From Emiliania huxleyi CCMP1516 (Eukaryota): DNA of 64,000 nucleotides. The position numbers were made by a program, and so were the translations under genes. Under the pieces are notes generated by a model. It was given only the letters and a program-made list of their open reading frames with translations. It did no database searches and was not told the DNA's origin. Positions 11,110 to 22,445 of the stretch are shown here, in pieces. Each line of letters begins with the position of its first letter. The stretch's first letter is position 1. The stretch covers positions 1-64,000 of the forward strand of contig NW_005201144.1 of NCBI RefSeq assembly GCF_000372725.1. Reading direction: 5' to 3'.

Positions 11110-12273
11110 ATGACGAAAGAGTCGGCGGAAACCGATGCCTTCGTAGAGAAGCAGACGCTCGCGTCTCAGATCATGCGCGCCTCGGAGGGCGAGCCGCCGG
11201 TCCTCGCCAAGGCGCCCTTCACACAGATGACGGCGGGAGAGCCGAGGCGGTGCCACCGAGAGCCTGTGTGCCACACGTGCCACACACCCAGCACGCCTCG
11301 CGGGTCCAGGTCGGGCCAGCGGCGCTCTCGCCACGCGCACGTCCGATCACCGCAGGTGGCCAACACGCTCAAGCCGCTCGCGAAGCCGATCGGCTTCATC
11401 GCACGGCTGCTGATTGACTACGTCGGCCCCTTCTACCTGAAGCTGGGCAACCTCGGGTTCGAGCTGTACCAGAGGCTGCCCAAGGAGGCGATTCAGACCC
11501 TCGCCGGCCTCGCGCTCACCTTTTGTGGCGGCGGATACACCGCCTCCATCTCAGCGGTCAAGGCGTTCCAGGTCTGCGGCTGGGACAGGACAGAGGCGGC
11601 GCTGATCGACATCGGCAAGGACGTGCAGGCGGTGTGGGCGGCGAACGTGAGCGACAGCAAGAAGCACGACGACGCGGCGCACCTCGAGAAGGGCGACATC
11701 GACTCGAACGAGCTCCTCTCGCGCAAGCTAGCTGTCTCTGCGCAGGCCGTCAAGGACCCGGAAAAGCTGTCGGCGGCGCTCGGCGGGCTGATGACGTCGT
11801 GGATCGCGGTGCAAGGCATGCTGCGCATCGAGTTCGCAAAGACGATCGCCCTCGGCATCTCCATCTCGGGCATGATCGCGCCGCTCGCGCAAAAGGTCGC
11901 CGTGCCCTTCCTGGTGCACACGCTGCCAAAGGAGTACCACAACTGGATACAGTTCGTCATCAAGAACGCCTCGCGCTCAATCGGCTGCTTCATCGCGTGG
12001 AAGCTGCAGGAGGTTGTGTCGGCGGCGCACTTGGCGATGGTGGGCGGGCTCATGTTTGCGCGCGGGCTGATGGCGTGGGTGCGCAACAAGGGGTACACCT
12101 CGATCCCGGATGAGGCCGACACCAAGCTGGACGAGGTGGTGGGCTACTCGATCGCGGGGCTGGGCTTCTACTCGCAGCTCAAGTACGGCTTCTCGCTGCC
12201 CTTCCCGCTCAACTGGATCTTCTTCCCGCTCGACATCGTCGAGTGGTACATCCGCTGGACCTTGACCTCGTAG
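11110..12273 (+). CDS. Multi-pass membrane protein of unknown function
   Basis: 387-aa ORF with strong GC3 bias and several hydrophobic segments; probable in-frame intron ending at 11355. Confidence 0.7.
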   Translation: MTKESAETDAFVEKQTLASQIMRASEGEPPVLAKAPFTQMTAGEPRRCHREPVCHTCHTPSTPRGSRSGQRRSRHAHVRSPQVANTLKPLAKPIGFIARLLIDYVGPFYLKLGNLGFELYQRLPKEAIQTLAGLALTFCGGGYTASISAVKAFQVCGWDRTEAALIDIGKDVQAVWAANVSDSKKHDDAAHLEKGDIDSNELLSRKLAVSAQAVKDPEKLSAALGGLMTSWIAVQGMLRIEFAKTIALGISISGMIAPLAQKVAVPFLVHTLPKEYHNWIQFVIKNASRSIGCFIAWKLQEVVSAAHLAMVGGLMFARGLMAWVRNKGYTSIPDEADTKLDEVVGYSIAGLGFYSQLKYGFSLPFPLNWIFFPLDIVEWYIRWTLTS

Positions 12274-12854
12274 CGCGGTGGAGGAGGCTGCTGGTCGCTT
12301 TGCGCCCCTCTGGAGCGCGAGGCTTGGCGCGGAGCCTAGGGCGGAGCCGCACCGCGCCAGCGGCCCGTGTCGTAGGTCGCGAGACGAGACCCACCTTTGT
12401 ATGATCAGGAGAGAGGAGAGAGGGAAGAGGCATTTGTCCGTGTCTCAGCGTGTGCTCGAACGTGCGACACGAGTGTGATGAGTTCATGAGATAGCGGGGC
12501 GACGAGGGAGAGAGGCCTGTCCGTGTCCGCTTCACCTCATCATCTTGTAGACCCCAGCCACGTCATATTGTCCCCATGGTTTTCACGGCCGCGGAGCGGA
12601 AAGCACTGACTCCGCGACTACACTGCTGCTGGAGACCTGGAGCATGGACGCTGGAGCGCTACTGGGTATGCACGTCCCTCCTGGATGCCCGTTTTCGACT
12701 CACACAGATTGTCACTCTCTCAGCTGCTAAGCTGGGTCCTATAGCTCTACGGCGCTTGCCACTGCAAGCTCGGGGGTGCGGCCGCGCGTTCACCTTTCTG
12801 TGCCAGCTTCCGGGCGACGCGGCAGGATGGGCTCGGCGGTGTAGAGCACCGTGC

Positions 12855-13994
12855 CTAAGCGAGGGAGCGCGGCGTGAGAGAGAGGGGGGGGATGAGGCGT
12901 GTTGACGAATGAGCCGGGGAGCTGCGTGCGCCGTTGTCGGAGTGATAGCGCAGCGTGGTGGCGCCGGCTCCGACGCTGAACGACGCGAAGCCGCCAATCG
13001 CGCCATAATGCCGCTCTCGGTCCATTCGAAAGTGCGGCGGGCCCGGGTTGAGGGGCGAGGCGAGGTGGCGCGGGTGGTAGCAGCACTCCCGACCCGCGCC
13101 GGAGAGGACAAACGCCATCCCGTGCTGCTCGTAGTGCGCCGAACAGTGGTCGTGCCCCGCGATGAACCCCGCGGCGCCATGCCTCCGCAGCAGCGGCAGC
13201 ACGTCCCTCAGCAGCGCGGGCGTCGGGCCGTGCTGGCAGGGCGAGAAGACGGGGTAGTGACCGCTGACCCACAGGTAGTCGGCCGTCGAGGACGCGAGTG
13301 TGGCCTCGAGCCACGCGAGCTGCTCCGGGCCGAGCCGCTGCGCCGGGTGAGGCGCGTACTGCTCGGCCACGACGCCCGGCTCCCCCTCCTCCTGAGGCAT
13401 CCCCGCCAGCACCACCGTGTCGATGTAGACGATCTGGACGGTCGCGCCCGACGGCGCGCGCTCGGTGAACGTGTACCACAAGTGTGGATATCGCCAGCGC
13501 GCCGTCCCGCGCCGCTGGGCTGCGTAGGCCAGCTGCGCCGAGACGTTGCCGCAGTGGTCGTGGTTGCCTGCGATGGCGTACCAAGGGACCTGCAGCGCCG
13601 GCTGGCTGAAGGCCGCCTCGAAGGTCGAGGCAAAGCGGCGCGACTCCACGTCGGTGACGCCACACTCATAAAAGTTGTCTCCGACAGCCATCACGAAAGC
13701 GGGCGTGACGCCCATCCAGCTGGCAACTGTCGCCATGCCGTCGCCGTTGGCTAGCTGGGAGCGCGTCGTGGGCATGAACCGGCTCCCACCTCCCCAGTCG
13801 CCCATCGCAAAGAAGAGGAGTGGGCTATCTTTTTTCGCTGCTGCTCTGCCACTCGTCGCGCGGTTGTGGACCGATGGTGGCGGCCGGCAGAGGAGGAGGA
13901 GGACGCACCCCGTGGCGAGGAGGAGACTCAGCGCACTCAGCGCCGCAGCCGCACCGCGGCGCTCGTGTCGCAGCAGGCTGATGTCGGTAAGCAT
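12855..13994 (-). CDS. Purple acid phosphatase (ACP5/TRAP-like metallophosphoesterase)
   Basis: Metal-ligand motifs GDWG, GDNFY, GNHD, GHYP and GHDH, with an N-terminal hydrophobic anchor; the 3' end probably lies beyond an intron. Confidence 0.92.
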   Translation of the reverse strand: MLTDISLLRHERRGAAAALSALSLLLATGCVLLLLCRPPPSVHNRATSGRAAAKKDSPLLFFAMGDWGGGSRFMPTTRSQLANGDGMATVASWMGVTPAFVMAVGDNFYECGVTDVESRRFASTFEAAFSQPALQVPWYAIAGNHDHCGNVSAQLAYAAQRRGTARWRYPHLWYTFTERAPSGATVQIVYIDTVVLAGMPQEEGEPGVVAEQYAPHPAQRLGPEQLAWLEATLASSTADYLWVSGHYPVFSPCQHGPTPALLRDVLPLLRRHGAAGFIAGHDHCSAHYEQHGMAFVLSGAGRECCYHPRHLASPLNPGPPHFRMDRERHYGAIGGFASFSVGAGATTLRYHSDNGARSSPAHSSTRLIPPLSLTPRSLA

Positions 13995-14318
13995 ACTTGT
14001 AGCAGTCCAGCCCGGGGTCCAGCAACTGGCTGGTGGAACGCGCGAAAGGCCGCGGCATCAGGAAGTGCCGGAGATTCAGGCTCCCACGAAACTTGATTTT
14101 GCAGGTTGGTCGGATTTTTCCGTGCCTCGACATTCCTAACGCCTCGCCGCTCCACAATGCCTTTCTCCGTTGCCTCCAGCCGCGCGGCGCCATCGTCCTC
14201 GATCCAGTGCCGGTTTCTCCGTTGCCTCCAGCCGCGCGGCGGCGCCATCGTCCTCGATCCAGTGCCGGCCTCCCTGTGACAAGCTTGGCAGCTCGCGGAT
14301 CGACGATCGCCACGAGCT

Positions 14319-15855
14319 CTGAGGGAGGGAGGGTGTAGAGGATGTAGAGTGTAGAGCGCTGTAGAGCTGTAGAGATGTAGAGCGCTCTGGAGCGCTGTAG
14401 AGCTGTAGAGCTCTACATTCGGCGCGGGACAGAGCGATGCAGATGTAGAGCGATGTAGAGCGCGATTTTGCTGTAGAGTTTGTTGTAGAGGCTCTACAGC
14501 AAAACCGCCGGGGAGGCAGTGACTCAAAGAGCTAAGAGGTCGAGCCGCACTAATGGGGTGTCTCCGAGCTTACTGGAGCTCTGGTGGACGGCCCTGACTA
14601 TCCCTGACACACAGAGAGTCACTCTGACGGCACACAACACCCTGTAACTGCGTCATGACCAGCCTGCCATGCGTCGCCGGTGCCGCATTCGTCGCAGTGC
14701 TTCTTTAGCAGGCGGTGGACTGTCGGCTGCGAGGACGGTCGCATTTGCGCGAGGCGAGGCGAGCATTCAGACGCGTTGCATGCGCCATGACTCGCGCCAG
14801 CGCGTGCGGGAGCTCCTGGCTGAGCGTTGAGTCCAGGCGAGTTGCGCTGGCCACGATCGCTACGCCGAGCCGAGCTGACGCCTGAGGGAGGGTGTAGAGG
14901 ATGTAGAGTGTAGAGCGCTGTAGAGCTGTAGAGCTGGAGAGTGCTGTAGAGCTGTAGAGCTCTACATCCACCGCGTGACGAGGCGGGTGCGTTGTAGAGC
15001 GATGTAGAGGCGCTCTACAACGTGAAATCTCTACAACAAACTCTACATCATAAGCGGCGAACGAGGCACGGTCGCTCTCCGACATGAGGCGCGTTGCACT
15101 TACCAGTGCTGCCCTGGCCTTCTGTCTGCCCGCCCAATGGGTGGGAGGTGCCTCTGCTGCTGTGGCATGCCTCACGGCTGCGACTGGCCGGCGCCTCGGC
15201 GCGTCAGCTCGGCTTGGCGTAGCGATCGTGGCCAGCGCAACTCGCCTGGACTCAACGCTCAGCCAGGAGCTCCCGCACGCGCTGGCGCGAGTCATGGCGC
15301 ATGCAACGCGTCTGAATGCTCGCCTCGCCTCGCGCAAATGCGACCGTCCTCGCAGCCGATAGTCCACCGCCTGCTAAAGAAGCACAGCGACGAATGCGGC
15401 ACCGGCGACGCATGGCAGGCTGGTCATGACGCAGTTATAGGGTGTTGTGTGCCGTCAGAGTGACCGTCTCTGTGTGTCAGTGATAGTCAGGGCCGTCCAT
15501 CAGAGCTCCAGTAAGCTCGGAGACACCCCATTAGTGCGACTCGACCTCTTTGAGTCACTGCCTTCCCGGCGGTTTGGCTGTAGAGCCTCTACAACAAACT
15601 CTACAGCAAAATCGCGCTCTACATCGCTCTACAACGCACCCGCCTCGTCACGCAGCCGATGTAGAGCTCTACAGCTCTACAGCGCTCCAGAGCGCTCTAC
15701 ATCTCTACAGCTCTACTGCGCTCTACACTCTACATCCTCTACACCCTCCCTCAGGCTGACGCGCCGAGGCGCCGGCCAGTCGCAGCCGTGAGGCATGCCA
15801 CAGCAGCAGAGGCAACTGCCACCCATTGGGCGGGCAGACAGAAGGCCAGGCCAGC
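14319..15855. mobile_element. Outer (host) copy of a TGTAGAG-rich non-autonomous DNA transposon, one end missing
   Basis: Begins CTGAGGGAGGGAGGGTGTAGAG; 14319-14881 plus 15755-15855 is the reverse complement of most of the inner element. Confidence 0.75.
14882..15754. mobile_element. Non-autonomous DNA transposon (MITE, hAT-like 8-bp TSD)
   Basis: TIRs CTGAGGGAGGGTGTAGAGGATGTAGAGTGTAGAGCGC / GCGCTCTACACTCTACATCCTCTACACCCTCCCTCAG; TSD GCTGACGC at 14874-14881 and 15755-15762. Confidence 0.88.
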
Positions 15856-16094
15856 GGAGCGGAGTGGGCCCCGAATTTTCTGGGCCTGCGCGGCCTCGAG
15901 CGCACCACGCCTCCCGGCGTAGAGGGGCCCCCGGAGGGAAAGCGAGCGAACGGTCCACCCACCCGGCCTGCGAGACAGCGGAGCCGACTATTCATAGTAA
16001 TGTTTGAAATGCTGCGCAACGGTCGAGACGGAAAGCTGTGAAACAACCGACGGAAAGCTGTGTGCGGCGTTGCTACTAGTCGAACCTCCCTCCT

Positions 16095-16964
16095 ATGGTG
16101 TTTCTAGCCAACTCGAGCCTGCCGGCCTGGGCGGTGGTCGACTTGTACTGCGAGCGGACAGGCACCGAATTCAATGTCAATGCCGAACCGCTCAACGTGT
16201 GGACGAACGTGTGGGCCGTCGTGCTGGGTGTGGGTTTTGTGATATTCGCGTTGCGGAAGACGCAAGATGGACGCAGGAGAAATGACATCAGCCTCGCAGG
16301 CGGCGTGCTTTACATGACTGTGGGCATCGGCTCCTTTATATGGCACATGCTGGGCTACAACGTGCTTCTGTTTATGGATCTCCTCTTCCCGTGCTTTTTC
16401 GGGGCGTGGTTCATCTTCCACTGGCTCTGGAGGGTCCTTCGGCTCAGAAGAGTGTGGCCCCGCCTGCTACTGTGCTGCATCGTGCTAGCCGCTCTTGCGG
16501 GCCTCTTTGCACTCGGCGACTACATGCCATTTTACCGTGAGCTGCCCGCTCGCCTAGCCCAAGCCGCCCTCATACCAGGCGCCTGTTGACCGCCACCCGC
16601 GCTCCGCGCAGAGTACACGAGCGTCCACTGGCTGTGGTATGTCGGCCTCTACCCGCTGGCCGTCCTTCACTACTGCAAGGCCAGGTTCCGCAGGTGGGCG
16701 GGCTTCGTGGCGCTAGGGCTGACGACGTGCGCGCTGCTCTTTTACGCGCTCGACAAGGCGATGGAGAAGGAGCCCTCGCTGGAATGTTGGGCGTCGGGCG
16801 CGCACTTTCTCTGGCATATCTTCTCGTATACGGGCTTTTTTTTCCTACTGCTCATGCTGCCTCCGGAAGACGACGAGGAGGACCTGACTGCGTGCTACTC
16901 ATGCCTGTGGCCGACAGCCTTCAGCAAGCGGGAGGCCAGGGAGGCCAGCTCAACAAAAGGCTGA
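16095..16964 (+). CDS. CREST superfamily (alkaline ceramidase-like) membrane hydrolase
   Basis: YCERT...AEPLNVWTN, GIGSFIWH (SxxxH) and HFLWHIF (HxxxH) motifs; intron at about 16537-16611. Confidence 0.75.
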
Positions 16965-17555
16965 CATGGCGTGGGCGCCGCGCTACGCGCTGAGCATTTT
17001 CTCCCGCGCCGCGGGGATGAGCGAACACGGCAAGCCCACGCTTCCCCCGGCCGGGCCGGACAAGGAGGCCTTCCTTGCCTGCTTCCGGCTGGGAGGCGAT
17101 CATACTGAGAGCAGTCGCGGCCCACACGGCGCTGCAAAGCCGCATCGCGGGGGCCGCGGCACTGCTGGGGCTGCTGCTGGTGCTGCGGCGGCCGTCGCTG
17201 GCGCCAAGAGAAGAAGTGCTGGCGACAGAGAGAGAGACGTTGGCGGAGGTCCTTCGAAACTGCCCAAGGGCTGAGCTCGAGTCACCGCGCGTTTGATTTT
17301 CATTTTTCTTATCAAAACCGAAGCAGCACTAGTCAAACAGAGGGCTCGGACCGTGTCGCCCAGCGATATTGTGTCTTCCGCCGTGGGCTCTCCCCGCGGG
17401 AGGGAGCCCATCGCACCACCAGGTGCGGATAAGAATTTTTTAAACTCAAGCCTCTCTCACAGCACACTGGCACGACAAGGGCGCGGACTGGCGACTGGCA
17501 CACTCACCGGCTCGCGTGGAAGATAATAAGTTGGCTGCTAAAACCTCGACGGATC

Positions 17556-18593
17556 ATGATCGGCTCACTCTTGCCAAGCATCGTGGCGGCTGTGCTGCGG
17601 CCGCCGACGCTCAGCCGTTCGCGATTGCTCGTTGCGCAGCAGCAGGGCTACACGCAAGGCCAGCCCGCCGGCTGGACGACCAGCTTTGATTTCGACGGGA
17701 CGCCATATTTCTGCAGCGATCAGACGGGCGAGTGCCAGTGGGAGCCGCCTCAGTGGGCGCAGCAAGGCCAGAGCGCGCAGGTGACCTGGAGTGTGCGAGG
17801 CGTCGCCGGTGTCAGCGGCTTCACGCACCCGGACGGCTTCACCCACCTCGACCGTTACCGCGACCTGCCATACTTTGTGCAGAGCGGCGAGGAGCTCGTG
17901 CTGAGCCGGTGGAACATGGAGGTCCAGAAGCTGCACGTGTCTCGAGAGCAGTGCACGGTGAGCGTGCTCGGCGACGGCACCGCCAGTCTACTCAGCTGCG
18001 GCAAGCCGCCCACTCTGTGGCGGTCGCGGACAGGCGTGCTGCCTTATCTCTCGGCTAACTCTCGGCTACTCCTCGGCCAGATCGCGCCTTTATATCTCGC
18101 CTATACCTCGGCCATATCTCGGCCATGTCTCGGCCTATCTCGGCCATACCTAAGCGGCCGCGACCCCGTTAGGCGCCTCGTGGAACGCGCTCCTCAGAGG
18201 CTGAGGCCTTCAGAAGCTGAAACCGATCGTAGCAGCCCAACTCGACAGGGAGAGGACACGTACTCCGCTGTATTCCGGGCCGTGTTCAGCGGTATTCATT
18301 GTATTCGCAGCCCGCGTGTTCACACGAGTACACTCTCCGGAGCTGTAGTCACACCCTGTAGTCGGCGCATCCACACCGCAGGCCAGAGGCACGACCTCGA
18401 GGACGGCGACATGGTGAGCCTGGACGCGCAGGACCCCGACGCGGCTGTCCTCATGTGTGTGGCTGAGGGCGCGTCGCAGCCGGGCTCCGCGCTGCCTGCC
18501 GGCTGGTTCGCGGACGTCGACCCAGCGAGCGGAGACACGTACTTCTTTAACGAGCAGACGGGCGAGACGCAGTGGGAATTCCCGCGGTGGTGA
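17556..18593 (+). CDS. WW-domain protein with FHA-like segment
   Basis: Two WW domains (PAGW...YF...TGECQWEPP; PAGW...YFFNEQTGETQWEFP) and HVSREQC (FHA-like); GC-AG introns 18034-18172 and 18200-18381. Confidence 0.7.
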   Translation: MIGSLLPSIVAAVLRPPTLSRSRLLVAQQQGYTQGQPAGWTTSFDFDGTPYFCSDQTGECQWEPPQWAQQGQSAQVTWSVRGVAGVSGFTHPDGFTHLDRYRDLPYFVQSGEELVLSRWNMEVQKLHVSREQCTVSVLGDGTASLLSCGKPPTLWRSRTGVLPYLSANSRLLLGQIAPLYLAYTSAISRPCLGLSRPYLSGRDPVRRLVERAPQRLRPSEAETDRSSPTRQGEDTYSAVFRAVFSGIHCIRSPRVHTSTLSGAVVTPCSRRIHTAGQRHDLEDGDMVSLDAQDPDAAVLMCVAEGASQPGSALPAGWFADVDPASGDTYFFNEQTGETQWEFPRW

Positions 18594-18899
18594 GCGGACG
18601 GCGCCGTGGGGCTTGTCGGGTGGGCGTGGGGACCTGTCGCCGCTCACGGCACCGCTGGCCAGTAGTGGCGGCATGGAAAAGAGGGGGAGGGTCAAGGTCG
18701 CGCAGGGGGGAAATTTTGGAGCACTTCGGAGAGCAGTGTGCAGACTGCAGTTGGCAACCTCACTCCTCACATGACACATCCAGCCGTGGAATCCAGGCAC
18801 ACCAGGGCCGGGGAGCTATCAATGGAGCTGCTATGGTGTATGGAGCGCACCAGCGGGCCGGATGCATGGCACGATAGGGGAAGAGATGACCGCGCAGCA

Positions 18900-20640
18900 G
18901 TCGTTTTGGAGCACTTGGAGCACTTGGAGTGCAGTTCAACCGCATATCACTTGGACCACTTACTTGGAGCACTTGGAGTGCAGTCATTAACCTCACATCC
19001 AGGGCCGGGGAGCTCAGAAGCGCACCCAGCGGGCCGGATGATCGGTGTCGGGTTACGGGCAAGAGAGCCCTAGCCCCGGGGGTGCGCGTTCGCAGGGCAA
19101 GGGCCTTAAAGTAAACACAGTTCTCCGAGGGTTAGTACCGCGCTCCAGGTTTCCCCTAGCAGCAGAACGCCCCCTCTACTCGGAGCTAGTAGACACCAGA
19201 CAAGGACACGCGACGACACACACTCCCCCTTGGCGACGGCGTCGCCAATCACAACCCCTCCGCTCGGTCTCCCTGCCCCGGCTCCGGTGGGGTTCCCCCC
19301 CCCGTTCGGTCCGTTCTCCTGTTTGCTTCTCGATGGTTGTACGGCGGGCGCGGGGCCCGACCTCCCCTCCTAGCCTTTTTCGGCTGCGGCCCCGCCGCCG
19401 CCTCGTCTTCTCTGCCTGATCCTGTTGACTCCGCCTCCGGCGATCCCGCGCCGGACTCCCCGGGCAAAGGCGGTGACATAGGGTCGCGTCGCCTCCCCGC
19501 CCAGGGAGGTCGGGCCGGCTCTCCCTGGTCGGCGAGTCGTGCCCGCACTCGCGGCCTCTCTATCGTCCCTGGCTCGCCCCCCCCCTCCGCCGGCTCCTCT
19601 CCAGGCTCGGGGAGGCGTGGCCCTCCCTGTCGAAAGTCGCGGTGGTCCGGTTGCCACTGCGACTGGCCTTCCCCCGGTGAGCCCGTACGTTCCGACTCCA
19701 CTCTCAGAGGCCGTGTTAGCACATCTCTCCCCTCCTCCGACAGCTGACCCCAAGCCTCCCCTGGGGCCCTCCGGCCTCGGCCTTCCGGCTCGCCGGTGGG
19801 CCCGTTATCGTACCGCGGTAACTCCCCTCCCCCATCTCCTCCTCCCGGGTACACCAGCTTCCGGCGGGGCGGTCCCGGCCCCCCCAGGTTATTCCGAGCG
19901 GGTCCACACGGCGGCGGCCCCGCCGGCGGCGGGGGTGGAGGCGGTGGCAGGGGCGGCGGGTACGGTGGCGGCTCTCGCGGCCCAAACGCCCGGTGTGGAG
20001 CCGCTGGGGCGGCCCCACGACCCTGCAGCCGTTCCAGTGGCGGGGGTGGAAATGGCAGTGTGGGTGGCGGAAACGATGGCGGCACTGGCGGCCGCACCGC
20101 CTGGTGCGGAACCTCAGGGGCGGCTCCTCGACCCAGCAGTCGCTCCAGCGGCGGGGGGGGCGGAGGTGGTGGTGGCGGGGGCGGGCCCGGTGGCGGCGCC
20201 GGCCGCCGCACCTCCTGGGGCGGGGCCTCGGGGGATGCCCCCTGCCTCTGCGGCCATCCCAGCCGTGGCTCCACGCGTCGGCCGTCCACCCCGCTCGTGA
20301 GGGGGGGCCTAGCTCTCGTCTCCCCTCGGGGAGGGGGGGGGGGCAGGGCCCGGATTCGTCGACGGCCCCGCCTCTCCCCCCCCCCTCTCCGCATCAGGCC
20401 GTAGACTGCCCAGTAGTCGCGTCGCCTCCCCCCTCGCCTGGTCCTTCTCGATTCGGTCCCGCACCGCCCGGATATCAAAGGCCGAGTTGTGTTCGGACAG
20501 TGGGCCCGCCGATGCCACACGCCAGCGTGCACACACCCCGGGGCGGAGGGTGCATGCACATCTCACAGGTCTGTGCCACATTCCAGTAGCACTGACAGGC
20601 ACGTACAAGGGTCCACATTGGTGGACCCCTGGACTGTGCA
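18900..20640 (-). mobile_element. Degenerate retroelement remnant (Pro-rich gag-like ORF, conserved 3' segment, (CTCCAAGTG)n tail)
   Basis: 18955-19225 is homologous to the flanks of the piggyBac (about 48760-48873 plus 52115-52270); degenerate zinc-knuckle-like CVHAGVWHRRAHCP; tandem 9-mer tail. Confidence 0.5.
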
Positions 20641-20871
20641 CACTGCTCCCACACGTTCAGTAACCACTTCCTACTTGTGTGGGCCCGGTTTCCCGGGAGC
20701 TAGCCCATGTCTCAAGCGGCGCGCATGCATCCAGATCAGGGAGGTCAATCGCGATCTGCGTGCGCCCACTTACGGTTTTTTTTCTTTGCGCGCTGCGTAC
20801 ACGAGTTGCAAAACGCAGGAGGGGAAACAGCTCGCTCCCTGGCCTCTTTGTTCTTGCACTCCCTCGACCTA

Positions 20872-21234
20872 ATGCGAGCGCTGATCGCCGTGCTCTGCGC
20901 TGCTCCGGCGGCTGCCGTCAGCTGTGCCTCGCTTCGGCCGATCTCCACGCAGACGCGGCTCAGGCTCGTGATGCAGGAGCCGCCGCCGTCGGTGGAGGAG
21001 CCGAGCGATGCTATGCCACGCACGCCACCACGCGTGCCAGGTGACACCACCATCGCAAACAGCCGCGGCGACATGCCCACCAGCCTATTCGGTCTCGACA
21101 TCAACGTGCAGACGCCGACTGGTGGCCTCATCGCGTCCGTGCTCTTTTCTCTCGCGTTCGGGCTCATAGTGGAGCTGGTCAAGTTTGTGGACCCGAACAC
21201 GGCTAGCCCCTCGGTGTTTGGGAGGCTGCTTTAG
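20872..21234 (+). CDS. Small hypothetical protein with signal/transit peptide and C-terminal TM helix
   Basis: MRALIAVLCAAPAAA signal-like start, Arg-rich transit-like segment, hydrophobic GGLIASVLFSLAFGLIV. Confidence 0.55.
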   Translation: MRALIAVLCAAPAAAVSCASLRPISTQTRLRLVMQEPPPSVEEPSDAMPRTPPRVPGDTTIANSRGDMPTSLFGLDINVQTPTGGLIASVLFSLAFGLIVELVKFVDPNTASPSVFGRLL

Positions 21235-21502
21235 CGCGACGACACACGCGCTCCACCACGCGATCTGCCCAAAAAAATGTGGGCGCAACGTCCGCCGTCC
21301 CATGAATATTGCAATATCCTGTTTACCGCCGCATACCTTTCGAGCTGTGTTTAGCGTGTCGATGTGGCGTCTCAATAAATGCGCGGAGACTACAGCTGAA
21401 ACGCGCGTGTGCATACACCTTACTCCCCTCCGGACACCTCTCCGGGTCGTGCGGCGCAGCGTCAGCTTGTGCGTTGTGCCGGATGCCGCAGTTGCACCTC
21501 GA

Positions 21503-21883
21503 TAGAGCGCTGTTTAACATTAACTTTGGGCCTAACAGTTGCGCTAGTGTTGGCTGAAATCCTCAACGTTGTTCAAAGTGTTCACCCCAGCTCATGCTGT
21601 TACTGTTTGTTACTGTTGTTACTGTTGTTCAGCGGTCAGCAAGCAGAAAATGCCAAAAAACCCGGGTAAAACCCGAAAATACCTGGGGTTTTCCGCTTTT
21701 CCGGGTATTTTCGGGTATTACCCGCACTGGACGCTGGAGAACGTCGTGGGTCACTGCCAGGCCTTCCTTATTGTTGTTCAGCCGGCATAACGTTAGCTAC
21801 TGTTGTTGGGGAGCCCCACTGTTGTTCTGTTGTTACTGTTAACACTAGCAACACTGTTCAGCTCCCAACGTTAAACAGCTCTA
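21503..21883. mobile_element. hAT-like MITE
   Basis: Termini TAGAGC(GC)TGTTTAAC...GTTAAACAGCTCTA; 8-bp TSD CACCTCGA at 21495-21502 and 21884-21891; internal palindrome at about 21659-21724; TGTT-rich subterminal repeats. Confidence 0.88.
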
Positions 21884-22246
21884 CACCTCGATCGGGGCCG
21901 GCATGTACGTACTTCTGTTGTGGTGATGCCTGCGCCAGAAGCCGCAGAGCGGTCAGTGGTGGGGCGAGGCGGAGCCGGCCGCGGGCCGGTGCAAGGCGCC
22001 GGCCTCGCCTCGGCGCGCCGCACGGGCGTGCAGGTGAGTCACCAGGCAGCACAGAACACGTGACGGTTGTGAAAGCCCGGATGCTTGCTAGTACTTGAGA
22101 AGGCACCAACAACGCGGCAGGGCCCGTTTTGGCTGTCTGCGGAGATTCTGTCTTAGCACACACAGTGAGTCATTCGGAGTCATTCGATGGCCAGAGTGCG
22201 ATTGTGTGTGTGCGGGAGTTGGTTTGTCGGGAGGGAGGGGCAGGCT

Positions 22247-22393
22247 GCTCACCCACGTGCACCGGGCCAGTGCTTGCACTTTGAATGCCGTGGGGCTCCT
22301 GCCCGTGTCCGGGTGTGGAGATGCGAGGGTCGCCCCCCTTGTCAGCCCTTGCCCCACCACTTGTGTGTGTGGAGAAATCTAGGCTTACCTTAC
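22247..22393 (+). mobile_element. About 150-bp SINE-like/LINE 3'-end repeat with (CCTTA)n tail
   Basis: GCTCACCCACGTGCACCGGGCC...GCACTTTGAATGCC...GTGTGTGTGGAGAA...CTTACCTTAC; related copies at 25250, 35722, 36390 (partial) and 36710. Confidence 0.65.
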
Positions 22394-22445
22394 TCGAGTA
22401 GGTGTGAAAGAAGACGTGTGTCGCGCGCCTTGCACCTGAGGATTC

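Noticed and set aside
14330..14500. TGTAGAG repeats as a CRISPR array
   Set aside because: Short irregular subterminal repeats of a MITE; no unique spacers or cas genes; eukaryotic context
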